Below are positions 22,974 through 35,686 of a DNA stretch of 64,000 nt, one piece after another. The notes under the pieces are model-generated. The model saw only the letters and a list, made by a program, of their open reading frames with translations. It did no database searches and was not told the DNA's origin. The first letter of the stretch is position 1. Every line of letters begins with the position of its first letter. Both the position numbers and the translations under genes were made by a program. The DNA comes from Fimicolochytrium jonesii. Its lineage: Eukaryota. The stretch is taken from positions 248,001 to 312,000 of the forward strand of contig NW_026515695.1 of the NCBI RefSeq assembly GCF_025526975.1, written 5' to 3'.

Positions 22974-25900
22974 TCATTTCACCCTCAGAAATCCCCTCAC
23001 GTTCACCAAAAACGCCTCCAGCCGCTTTCTATAAGCCGTTAACCACAGCCGTCCTCCCGCCGTCGCAATGCACCCTTCCAGCCGCGCAACACGGAGGATA
23101 CCTCCTGCTGCTTGATCCCGGGCTGTTTCCGAAATTCCAGCGTTGAGGAGCGATAAAGCGTTGCGTAGACGTTGCGCGAGCGCTGCGGAGGTTTGTTGGG
23201 CTAGGAGGTGCTGTGTTAGTAGGTCGTAGAACGCCTGTGAAAGGAGATGTCAGCATCGGCAATTGTCACCCAGCGGCCAAAACACTTGAATTCAGAGTTA
23301 CAATGGTACGTACCCCTCTGGCGACCACCAAAGCAAACAAAGCTTCGCCAGCGGCCTCCATCAGGCCAGCGTCAAACTCCAAGAACAAAAACATTTCCAA
23401 AGTTTTTTGCAGGAATTTGTTCAAGTGCGGGTGCAAGAACTCCATCGAGACTCCTGGGAAACATCCACACTCGCATCAGCCCAGCTGTCATTATGGACGC
23501 AAACTGCAAAAACCTTACCCCCATGAGCCGGCTCATCCCATACAAACAACGCCAAAGATGTAATAGCCTCAAACGCGCTCCTCGCAACCTCAATCATCGG
23601 ATTATGCATCCCCGATTCGAGTGACCGGACAAGACCTGCTAACAACGGTGGTGGGAGGACCGGAAGTCGGTCGGGGAAGTAGCGGATGAGGTGGCTGATG
23701 AGGGAGATGTAGTCTCTGCACAGTTCGGGGAACTTTGGAGTGAAGACGTAGGTTACTTTCGATGGAAGAGTGCTGGGAACGAAACCGTTGCGAATTACCT
23801 TGAGCATGTCGTCTGTGATTAAAGGTATGACCACGTTGATGCCGTAGAATATCACATCGGCGACATCTGTCCCTCCTTTGGCTTTCCGCTTTTCGAGAAT
23901 CTCCGCCCAGGCTGCAAAAACAAATGTCGGCGTCAGGAGTGCACTCAGAGGTGATTGGAATCCGCTAAGTTATGAGGTGAGGGTACTTACTGATTCCTTC
24001 ATATTGGGAAGCCATCAGTTGCGACAAGATATCCAAAATACACGAGAGATCCTCAAACATCTCGTCCTCCTCGCCCGTGTTCACCGATCGCTTTCTTCCG
24101 ACCGTATTCTTTGCGTACGTTTGCAACACGGAGAGAACGGAACTGTACAGGCGCTCGCAATCTTCTGGTGTCAGTTCCTCAAATGACTACAGAAAAGACC
24201 AAAAGCAGCTATCAATCAACGATCGTTCGTCACCAACGACAGTATCATCCTTTACCTGGCACCGAATCAGATTTGCAAAAACCTGCAAAATATACTTCTC
24301 CACCTCCGTCGTATTCCGATACAACTCCAGCAGCTGCACAAACACATCAAAGTGCTTCGCCACAGCCGTGAAAACCTGTTTCGTATTGGCCTCATCGGCA
24401 GCCAGCGCGAGCCCGCTGTACATTTCCATTGTACTTATGACCAGTTCGATGGTATCCGGGGTTTGATGGGATTGGACGAAGGTGGGATTTTGTATGATGC
24501 TGAGGAGGCGCGTGTCGATGGCGTTGCTGATGGAGTGGAAATAGCGGGCGCGGATTTCGGGGTCGGATGCGTGGGTGGCGATTATGGCGATATTCTCGAT
24601 GAGGGGGCTGCAAGCGAAGTGATAAATAGTGTGCGTTGGCATTAACTTCATTCACCCCTGGTCATACCTGTGGACTGTAGCAGTAAGTTTACTCAAACTG
24701 CCCAAAAAGAACACAATGAGTTTCTGGAACCGATCCGAAAGCACAAGGGCGTTCCGGATGCCCGGCACTTTCGAGAACGTGCTCAACAGGCTAACAATCT
24801 GCATCAGCAGATCCTCTTGACCGGGCCACATGTCAAAATTCTTCTCTAGCATGTTCATGATCCCGTCCAGGACCGCGGGGCCTCCGCCGTCCCTACCAAA
24901 GGCACGCATGAGCGAATGTGTGTGCAGTTCTTCTGCGGGGAGGAAGAGGTAAGTCTGGCTCCAGCGTTCGATGAACCAGAGGAGGGTCTCGCAGAGGAGG
25001 GGGCTGCAGAGGCTGAACTGCAAAGGGGAACGGCTTTTAGTTGCGGAGGTGGGTGAGGGGATATCACAATTCATTGTGCATTACCGATGGGCTGTTGGGA
25101 TTGACAGACACAACATCCAAAGCATACAGCAACGTCAACGCGAGCTTGACCACTGGATCTGCATTCTCCGCAGAAGCCATCTACCAACATTGACTTACAA
25201 TCAGTGATCACGTAGCGAAAAGCTGTCATCTCAACCCGCGAACTCACCGACAAAGCCAGCAACGACCGCGGAATCTCCCGCTTTTCCCCAGTCCCGCCGT
25301 ACGCCAACAAGTGCCCGGAAAACAGCGCGAGCCAGTGCAAGTGCTCCTGCAGCCACGCGAGGTCATCGGCTATGATCGCAATCATCAGCCAAAAGCTAGT
25401 CAGAACATCCTTCGGTGAATGTTGGGATCCCGACTTACCATGCTCTGCGCCCTCAAAGACCTTCCGTATCCGGCCCAGCCGATCATCAACAAGTGCCTGC
25501 AGCTTCTCCAGCGGTTTCCGAGGATCTAGTCTTCCGATGATGGCTGCTGAAACCAGCTGCTCCTCATACATGTACTATGGGATCAAGAGTGAGCCGCCAC
25601 GGTCTCGCCCCCCCATCGTGCCATAAATTCGCCAATCTAACCTCGTCCTTGACCATATCATCATCCGCATCATCCTCCACAGCTTGTTTCGCCACTTCCA
25701 ACCGCATCTCCACATACGCGTCAAACACATGGAAGGCGACATCGGTTAGGAATTTCATGAAGTTGGGGAAGTCAAAGTCGTTCCCGGCTTTGGCGCCTGT
25801 GCTCTGTAGTGCTGTTTGTTCTTCGGTGTAGATCTCGGCTTTCTCAACTATACATGAAGAAAGGTATGAGACTTTACGCCCGCAGATGGATCATACGAAT

Positions 25901-27770
25901 CCCAATCGCACCCACCTAGATCCGCCCAAACATCCAGCAAATCATCTCCCTCCTCCTGCGTGCAGCTGCTCCAATCCTCATCATCGCAACCCGTGCGTCG
26001 GTAGCATTTTATCGTGAGTGTCCCCAGCTCATGCAGGAAAGGAAGGAACTCTGGAACGCCGGCGATGACGCGTAAGGGGTGGGTGAAGATGATCCGTTTG
26101 CAGACGGATGTGATGCAGATGAGTTCGCTGGCTAGACCCATTTCGACTTCTGAATCGAAGCGGGGCAAGAAGCTGGAGTGTTATCGATTAGCACAACCCT
26201 TCGGCAAGCAGAGAAAGACGGTCGGAAAACGTACTCGGTGAGCACTGTCAAGAACCGTTTCAGGAAGTGGCCGATATAAGCCCGTAGCGCGTTGGTGTCT
26301 TCCAGCACCCGTCCTGCCTGGTCCTTTATGACGTGTCCATTCGGATCCGCTACGTGAAACACGGGTCCATGGACGGCGGCCAGGTCCGTTAGACAATGCC
26401 GCGCCGAGTCTCCTAACCGCCCCTCATCTCTGAATGTGCTGTTCAACTGTGACCTGACGTGAGCGAGACTGCTTCACTCGGACCGACACCCTATATCTAA
26501 CACTTCACCTGGAAGAACAGATCGATCACGTCCGGTCTGACGATGAACTCCTTCCAAGATGCTGGAAAATATCCAGGCTGAGACGTCCGTCGTTCCTCCT
26601 GATTCGTCCTAAAGGATCCGGATAACGCATTCTCCTCTAAAGTCGCAAGCTATATGAGTCTGCGTTTGTTTGCGCTCAATAAAGGTGTTCTGCGTACCAG
26701 GTGTCAGGAACTCCCAATCCACAGCCTTTTGAGCCACCGACATGGCAGTAATCAGCAGTTCCGAGCTCAAAGCGTCCTGAAGATACTCTTTGGTGTTCAT
26801 GAAGTGCTGCAGGACATGGTAGACGACTTGGAAGATGTGTCGTAGCTCCCCTTCCTACATGAGACATCACTTCAGCCCTCATATTCAAGCCATCAACGCA
26901 GCTTGATTGGTGTTGCCATCTCACCTCGAAGAGCTGACGACTCTTCACATGGAAGTCGTACGGAAGCCCTACAGCGCTCGCCCTCGTCGACGAAAACTCG
27001 TCCAGCAACGCCGCAAAGAGACATAGCGCAATCTGACTCTGCACCCAAACCTCGTCAGCCCCACCTCCATTCGCCCTTGAGCCTTCCGTTCGCATCTGGC
27101 TAACCTGCTTCTTATCCCCATTCAACAAATCCGTCACCCGCGACAAAAACGCCTGTTTCTCCTCCGCCGACTCTTCCAGCGACCCCCGTTTCACGATCAC
27201 AGCGATCGGGTACAACACAGAGTTCCGCACATACGTCGGTAAGCTACATGTGCCATTTAGCGGTCAACCTCCATCAGCCCCCAGTGCAATTTCAGAACTC
27301 GCATAATCCCACTCAACTGGTCGAATCGGGTTATCGCATAGTTCAGCAGCCATTCGCGTAGGGCGTGTATCTCCTGCCGGGGGTGGAGGGCATACTCGCG
27401 AGCTGCAGACTCTTTCAGTGACAGGAGGACGTGGAATTTGACGTCGGGCTTTTCGGTGTGCTCTGGAAGGCAGTAGGGTAAGTTGAGCCATGGCAGCGTT
27501 ATGAAGTTATGGACGGGCTGGAGTACCTAGGATGTATTTGCAAACCGGCAGCAAGTTCGGCGTGCTACGAAACTGGACCATGTTCTTCTCCGCTTGTATA
27601 CGGCGATCTGGAACCTTTTTGACGACACATTTCCACATGGAGAGAAGGTCAGACATGGACTCCAATGAGTGGACTTCGGCCGTATTCCTCCAATGCTCTC
27701 TAATGCTGAGACTAACCTGAAAGTCCGCACAGGTCTGCTCGAAGTGAGCGCATATCGCCTGCAGGTCCAT
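22974..27770 (-). CDS. XPO4: Exportin-4-like karyopherin, multi-exon
   Basis: MDLQAICAHFEQTCADFQ..., LLDEFSSTRASAVGLPYDFH, HCLTDLAAVHGPVF, LQEHLHWLALFSGHLLA, LWFIERWSQTYL, FYGINVVIPLITDDMLKFPELCRDY, C-terminal FLVNVRGFLRVK* (TGA at 22974-22976). Confidence 0.88.
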
Positions 27771-29166
27771 GTCTAACGAGACTTCGAGGGCCTGGTAGCC
27801 CGCGATAGGTGGTGTAGCGCCTAGCCTATTGGAGTTGGGTGGAAAGCCGGCTTGACTATCAAACGGCGACCAAGATGGCCGTTTACGATGTGTGACGATG
27901 GAGTGTTTCCCACCCCGTCGAAAGAATGTGTGGAAAGCGAGGCAGGTTCTCTGTCCGCGCCTTGTGGAAGGGGGACATCGCGGAGCATCGGAGGCTTTGC
28001 GTGCTTTTCCGCTTCGCAGATCTATGCGACAACCTCACCGGCTGTTACATGATGCGCATGATCGAGTCCACGGACACCACCCTGGGGCATATATTGACTT
28101 TCTCAGGGACAGCCTGGGTACGCATTCTGCTGTAAAAGTCAGTCTACGTATTCCTCGTTATATTTAGAAGCAAGTGCGGTATCGTTTCGAAATCTACATC
28201 CTTATTCCCCACCCTGTTAGACCCACTGCGCCTTTCCCCCGGCCCGCGGCCCCTCGTCCAGATATATGATTACTCCTTCCCAAGTCGTATGCGGCTTCTC
28301 ATGCGTCGCCACGTCGTTCTTCTCGCCAGATTTGCAGCCATCGTCCACTTTCCGGAGAGAAAAGCCGCTGCCTTGTCCACCGTTTGCATACGCTGTCCTA
28401 CCGACCTATCGACACTCCGATTGGGCAGCAAAGGAATGCGGCACGACATTTGGGATCTCCCTGAGGCGGCCCATTTTATGGACTCAGTCCTGCACGACAG
28501 CCCTCGCAGTACAGTTGATGCATTGGCGGAAAGCCCCAACTCCTACTTCAGCTAACTTTTTGCGCTGTGACTTGTAATCGCCAGTCCTTCCATCAACGAC
28601 GTACGCACGTTCTCGGATATGGCGAGTGTTCTATGAATAGGGGGCGAGAATTGGCGAGAGGAAAAATACTTGCGCTCACCATAAGTAGAGTCGCCCAGCA
28701 AACTGGAAACGTATGGATAGTATCAAGCCGCTCACACTGCAGGTGTTGACGATTGGTGGGCTTGCAGTCTTGAATGGCAAGCTCATCAAACGCAATCACG
28801 CAGCGCCTTGCGCGACAGCAGCTGTGACGCCGGCGGCCCTCCCTCAAAGCAGCGGCAAGGCAGCCCCCAATGCAGTCAGCCTCAAGCAAGTCCCAGTTGT
28901 GGTTGAGGTTTTGAGACGAAAACGGCGACGGCGACAGCAACAACGGCAACACGGCAATCCGTGCGAAAGGGTGGGAGTCGCGAACAGCAAAGGAAAAGCT
29001 TAAAATCAAATAAGAAGCCCTTGGAGTCCCCCACGTGACAGCGCTTTCCAGTCGCTCCTAGTGTGAATTTGGTCGTCGCTCGAATTGACGGGCTCTCGCT
29101 CTTGGATTCACCCACGACAGTCCATTTGCCCCATCTTTTACGGAGCGGACTCATCCAGTATTCACA

Positions 29167-30212
29167 ATGGCCAAGGTCTCGACAAACGGTGCGTAGAGGT
29201 GGGGAAAGAGGCGAGCGCTCAAATGGGTCGGAGGGATGGATGGATGGATGGATGCACGAGGGGTGAGGTCGGATGGATAGGTGGTGGAATGCAGGAATGG
29301 GCATTGCATGTGAAAGCACATAAATGGTCGTCGAACGCGGAACTGGACAGCTGCGGAGGTAGATAGGTGGAGGAGACTCTCAAGGGTGAGAACGCGGGAC
29401 CGGACGGCAGATACCGCAGAGGGAACGGCTCTTTGCGGAATTGAGCATTCGCAGGACATGGGTACTTATATTCCTGTATGTTCTTCCTCCAGTTTCTTCC
29501 AGCCGCCGCAAGAGCCGCAAGGCGCACTTCTCTGCGCCTTCGGACCTCAGGCGCAAGATCATGTCGGCTCCCCTCGACAAGGAGTTGCGTGAGAAGCACA
29601 ACGTACGTTAAACATCCAACAAGGTTTCCCCTTTTTGCAAAACCACGATCCTTGATGGAAAGCCCCCCTGTCCTCGTTGCAACCCTCCATGCCTCTATGC
29701 ATGAAGGGGGTTGCAGCGTCCGACCAGGGTGAGGGTTGGGCATATATTGGAAAAAACCAAAAACGAGACATTGGGCCAACCATGTTCCCATTTTTTTCCA
29801 GTGCCGCTCCATCCCCATCCGCAAGGACGACGAGGTCAAGATTGTCCGCGGTACCTTTGCTGGCCGTGAGGGCAAGGTCACCACTGTCTACCGTAAGAAG
29901 TGGTGCATCCACATCGAGAAGGTGACCCGTGACAAGATGAACGGTACGTTGGTTTATTCTGAGTTTGCGGATCGTCAATCAATTTCGTAAACTAACCTCT
30001 GCATTTTTTTCTCCTTCAACAGGTGTCTCCATTCAGATCCCCATCCACCCCTCCAAGGTCGTGATCACCAAGATCAAGCTCGACAAGGACCGTAAGGAAC
30101 TTTTGGAGCGTAAGGCTGCTGGCCGCAAGGTCGTCAAGGCCGAGGTTCGTACTTTTGTCTCATTTAACGATATTCCGCCCTCATACTGACTCCTTGTCCG
30201 TCCTTCCAGTAA
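29167..30212 (+). CDS. RPL26: 60S ribosomal protein L26 (uL24), 5 exons
   Basis: Exons 29167-29188, 29493-29602, 29802-29943, 30023-30144 and 30210-30212: [61 protein letters not shown]... Confidence 0.97.
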
Positions 30213-31170
30213 ACTTGTAAATGATGCCAGTCAACATATATAGGTTTTCCGCTACTGTGTGGGTTCTTGCATATCTACGATCAATACGGATTGACAATGC
30301 TCCTCACGAATTTCGAATGGACCCTCACTTGTTTCGCTGTGACATTTGCTGTGGTTGGAGCTGGAATCAGCTGCGACGACGCCTTGGGGGATGCATGCGG
30401 AGGACACAATGCGCGGTTTGCGGGGCGGGGACTGGTGCCCGGAGGCTAGGCACGGCAGCTATCGAAATTAGGTGCATGCGGAGTCGTTCGACGATCGTGG
30501 ATGAGTGATGCGAAACGTCGGAAGGTTTTGGGGCGTTCTCGTTGGAGACTGGAGCTGTTCGGGATACTGGGGAAGTTTTAGGCCCGCTTTACGTGAGAAC
30601 AGCGGCCCGGAGAAGCCCCGAGACACCCTGCCCATGGCGAGCAGCTCGACACATTCTGATGTGGGTGGGACCCAATGTGTGACTTGCGGCGCGGTGGGTT
30701 CTGCCAGAGCGGTGTGCAGAAGCGTTGGCAGCGGTGGTGAGAGTGCGATGTCGTTGGGCTTCGTATTGGGGGTGTCAAGGGGTCAGGGGGTCTAGCGTCC
30801 AAACAGCGGTTGTTGCATCTTGCGTGTATGATATGCTGTCCATTCCTTGCCGCCCTAACCTGCCGCAACTGAAATACATTTGATTTTCAGTATGGGTGAA
30901 ATTGTATGTACCAGCGGGCGGGGAAAACATCAACGCGATGACACAGCGGTAAGGTCCAAGGATAAGGATAAGCGAATCACGCGAAACAAATGCACACCCG
31001 TTTTCCCTGTTTTTTCGCACTGGGCATTCGCACCCTCCAACGTGTTCATTCTCTGACACAACCCGACTACCACTTCCACGCCTCCCGACCCCTTTTCCGT
31101 TCCGCAGGCGGACGCTAACTCGCTCTCACACCGCTCTCTTCTCTGTCACCCCGCCCGCTCCTCCACCGCC

Positions 31171-32569
31171 ATGCCTATCCTCGGTTGTGCCATTCTGCCT
31201 CATTCGGTAGGGCCCTCCTTTTTACCACTAGCAGCTTATTCATCCTTGCAAACCTCGTCCAAACCATAACCGACCCTCCCTTTACTCCTCCCCCCCCACA
31301 GCAAATGGTCCTAGACCCAACCCTCCCCAACTGTCCCGAGGGCATCCTAGAAGTGCATGAAGGTTGCAAAGCCGTCGGGGAGGTTGTGGCGGCGTGGGAG
31401 CCGGAGCTTATTGTGTTTTTGACGCCGCATGGGATTAGTGTGAGTAGTTGGGGTGCGAGTCTGGGAGTGCGTTTGGATGAGGGGCTGATTGAGCTTTTTT
31501 TTGCTCGTCTAGGCGCCGAGGAGTCCACGGCCAGGTATGCTTCGGAGGAGGTACATGGGGAAGTGAAGGAACGACCAAGAATGGTGGACTCACCGTCGCC
31601 TCGATGTATCACGTAGGAATCTACCTAACGCCATCAGCGACGGGGAAGATTGATCAAGGGGATGAGAGTGGCAATGCGGCGGGATCCGCAAAGCCCGAGG
31701 ATGCGATAGTGTATGAACTCGCGATACAGATCGACAACGACCTGGCCACGGGGTTTCTGAACCATTTGGGGTCGCAGGGCATTGCGTGAGTATCCCATCT
31801 CCCGCCCCTCTCTTTTGCGCGGAGTAAGCGGACTCGATACTGATCAGGACTTGGATTCGGCAACAGCTGCGTAAAAATAACCGGCACCGAAGCCCCCCTC
31901 GGCCCCTCCGAACTAATCCCCCTCTGGTTCCTCCGCCGCGTCGCCATGCTCCCCTTCGCCCCAAAATACCTCCTCCTCTCCCTCCCCGGCCCCGTCGGCG
32001 GCACCTCCCTGCACCGGTCACCTTCCTCACAGGACCGCGTGCCCGACATGCTCTCTTACGGCAACCACCTGTGGAAATACCTGAGTTGGGTGAACAAGAA
32101 GGTCGCCGTGGTGGCAAGCGCGGATTTGAGCCATACGCATGCGACGAGGTGTAGGGATAAGCGGTTTCTGCCGGATCCGGAGTGGGGAATGCCGGTTTCG
32201 GATGCTGCGGCGGTTTTTGATGGGATTGTTGAAAAGTACGTCTTGCATCATAACCCCTCTCCGTGAATCCTTCTCCCCGTGCTAACCCAGTGATCTCTCT
32301 CGCCACACAGATGGGTCTCAACCCTAACCGCCGACTTCCTCCTCCGCGACGCCGCGGCCCTTGTCCGCTCCGCCATCTCCTGCGGCTTCGACGCCTTCGT
32401 CGTCCTGCAAGCGCTCATTGAAAAAGAGGGCAAACACCGCTTCTCGTCGCATATCTTCGCCCGCCATCGGCCCACGTATGTCGGGTTGATTGCGGCGGTC
32501 ATGCAGGTGGATAAACGGGTACCGAATCCGGAGTTTACGTATCGGCCGCCAGGGGTGGTGGATGAGTGA
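31171..32569 (+). CDS. LigB/MEMO-like (class III extradiol dioxygenase fold) protein, multi-exon
   Basis: MPILGCAILPHS|AMVLDP..., PELIVFLTPHGIS, APLGPSELIPLWFL, VAVVASADLSHTH, AISCGFDAF, PTYVGLIAA; canonical GT-AG introns. Confidence 0.75.
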
Positions 32570-32806
32570 TGACGGGATGGTGACTTTTTTTGGGGACTGG
32601 GAGCTAGACACTGGTTGTCGTGCTCTCTTTTTGGACGTTTTTGGAGGACAGAATTGTTTTGCCCGCTGCATCCTATTTATCATACGTAATGCTTTCACAT
32701 ATATACACATCATCATGCATTTTAGCATCCCACTTTCGCATACGCATTGAGGCGAAGGCAGAGTGACTGCAGTGCCAAGATAGGAAAACGCCGGCGGGGT
32801 ACGTGC

Positions 32807-33975
32807 TTAGGCCCAAGGGTTGTAAATAGCAATAGGGGCGGCCGGAGCGCGATCTCGCCGATTTCTTCCCCACCGGGAGCGGTCCACGGGGTCTGCTACG
32901 TCCCCATCGGGCGCATCACCACCCAGTCCAAAGAACGCCTCCAGTCTCGCTCCCTTCGACGCTCCCTGCACCAATCCATACCGCTGGACATGGCTCCGTC
33001 TCGTGAACTGCGCATACCACCCCTGTCGAAGCCGGACTGCGTATTCTAGCGCGTGATGTTGTCCCATATCGCCCTGGGGAACGTCGGGTAAAGGTGGAGG
33101 CGACGACCAGGAGTGACCGTGGTCCTCTTCATGCATCAATGTGATGTGCACGGGGGCACGGCCAGGCTCTGTGAAATCGTATTTGTCGTCCCAGGATTGG
33201 AAGAAGACTCGGTCTGGAAACGAAAGAGAGAGAGAGAGAGAGTCAGGAACGTCCCACCCCGCCAGACCCGTAGTCCCCCCAAAAGAGAAAAAGAAAAATC
33301 TTTGGTAAAAAACAGGAACGGAATTGAGCAATAGTTACATCGCTTATCGACCCAAAAGCAAATCTCCCCCACGCTTGCATTCCCACACAGCGGACACGTC
33401 CGCCGATGATCGGCCGTCATCGCCACCCGCCGATCGCTCGACCCGCCGTTCGCGGCGTCCAGAGTTGGCGCGTCGTCTAGCGTGCAGAGGACAGGGCCGG
33501 GGTAGATTGGCCGCGACTCGATGCTGACGGCTCCCGAAGCTCGCACGGTCAGGAGATGCAGGTCGGAGGTGTCGGCGGTGCGGTGGTGGACGAAATAGGT
33601 TGTTTTGCGGACACATAGCGGTAGCGGTAGCGACGGCGGCGGCGGGTGCTTTGTCACACTGGTAGGAATACCCCCCGCACTGTATTCTTTCTCCACCTCC
33701 TCGTCATCCAGCACGATCCCGATTTCAAACACGTCGAGTCCACCCACGGGCATCGAGAGGAAGAAGTCCACCGTCAGCGTCTCCTCCTCCTTTTCGAGCA
33801 GCAGTTTGCCGAACCCGGGACACTTCAGCGATGACCGCCACCGTTTGCTCACGCGGGTGAGACGGAGGACGTCGAAGAGAGTTAGATGTTGGGCTATCTG
33901 GGGGAAGAGTTCTTCGGGGAGCCAGTCAAGGGACGGCTTGGGTCGACGTTTTCGGGGGCGGGGTGAGGAGGTCAT
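32807..33975 (-). CDS. F-box protein (2 exons)
   Basis: LDWLPEELFPQIAQHLTLFDVLRLTRVSKRWR F-box, preceded by an NLS-like PRKRRPK; second exon ends ...YNPWA*. Intron limits approximate. Confidence 0.7.
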
Positions 33976-34230
33976 GGGGTCTGCTCGATCCCAATGTGGC
34001 ACGGGGGAGGTAGTCACAGCGATGTCTCCTTCCAACTCTCGTCGGCGATGCTAGAAGCAGCGGGCTGGCTGTAGGAGGCTAGGAGCAGAGGGGTCTTGAC
34101 AATTCAGCCGGCGGGATGCTGGCGGGGGATGTGAAAATGCTTGCGTCAAAAAGTCACCCCTCTTCCAGCGCTTTCAACTCTTCAAACCATCTGGGACTCG
34201 CCCACACTCCACACTCCACGGCCATCCACC

Positions 34231-35318
34231 ATGCCACGGCCCCTACCAGACCTCCCCTTCTCCCTCTCGTCCTCCTGGACAGCCTACCCGCGCGCCATCG
34301 CTCTCCTCAGCGGCACCAAACCACCAGAGAAGGGTGCCCGGCTGCGCGAGCTGGACGCGTGGATGCATGCAGAGTTGGGCGCGGCGATGAGGGGCCGCGG
34401 GTCGATAACGAAGGATGAATTGGTGCGTTTGAGGTGGGTGGCGGGGAGGAAGGAGGGGGCTTCTGACCATCGCGGAATATGGGACTCATGGACGTTGGGT
34501 ATCCGCTCTGATTTTGCGCATTCGTTTGTGGCTGGTAGTTGAAGGTTTTGGAGTGGAAATTACTGGTATGTTACGGAGACTATATCATTCGATGGTCTTT
34601 TGCTACATATTCACAGATGTTTACAACTTCTCTGGAGGTATCCAGAGAGGCAAAAACCGCCCCTTCCTCCCCGCCCAAGTCCGCGCCAACCCCCCGGCCC
34701 TGGTCGAACAGGCCTCCAAGGCAGCGTTTGAGAAACTATCGAGTTCAACGACCGGCAAAGAGGGTGAAAAAGCCGAACCAGATCAGCGTCACATACTCGA
34801 TGCGTTGAAAGAGCTTTGTGTGCTGAAAGGTGTGGGGCCCGCGACGGCGTCTGGTACGAGTACTATTTCCCGGGATACCTAGCATGTCACCGGCCGGATG
34901 CTAACACCCCGGCCTCCAAGCGATTTTGACCGCCCACACCCCCTCCATCCCCTTCATGTCCGACGAATCCCTCACGACCTTCCTCTACCCGCCCCCCGCC
35001 AAAATCGCATACACGCACGCGGCGTACGTGGCTTTGCTCCCCGCGTTGTCGGATATGGCTGTCGATTTGAATGAAGGGGAGGGCCAGTGGACAGCGGGGA
35101 AGGTGGAGAGGGCTGTGTGGGCTGGGTGTGTGCTTAGAGATCTGGGTGGGGATGGAGATGTGGAGGGAGAGGGAGAGGGAGAGGGGCAGGGCGGGGGGAA
35201 AGGCAACAAGAAACGCGGGGCGGAAACGGAAACCGTACAGCCGAAGGACGATGAAGGGTCGGCAGGAAAGTCGGTCGCGAGCGGGAGGCCGAAACGGGCA
35301 CGAACGGCCGCCAAGTAG
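34231..35318 (+). CDS. Amun-like helix-hairpin-helix (DNA glycosylase-fold) protein, multi-exon
   Basis: ITKDEL|LKVLEWKLL|RGKNRPFL, LCVLKGVGPATAS|AILTAH, PFMSDE, WTAGKVERAVW; basic C-terminal NLS-like tail. Confidence 0.8.
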
Positions 35319-35686
35319 GTCGGAGTATATAGATAGCCCCATGGGAGTGTAACAGCGAGTGTGACGAGAGCGAAGTGTATACGCAAGTGATCGACTACAT
35401 ATCTATATTTTTACGAAGGTGATTGCATATCAAAGAGGGACTGTGGACCTAGAGATGGTAGGGGAAGGGAGAGATCTGACCGGCCGTGGCGGCGGTTTGA
35501 TGGCTCGTTACGTGGCGGGGTGGCCTTCACCGCACTGCAAATGCAAAAAGACAGAGCGGGGAGCCCAATGAGGATCACGATACGATGTAGTGGAAAGACA
35601 GAGAAAGGTGAATTACGGGAAGATAAAGGAGTGGACGGGAAGTAGCACCGGATTATCCGAAGAGGGCTCTCACTCCCCTGAAGAAC

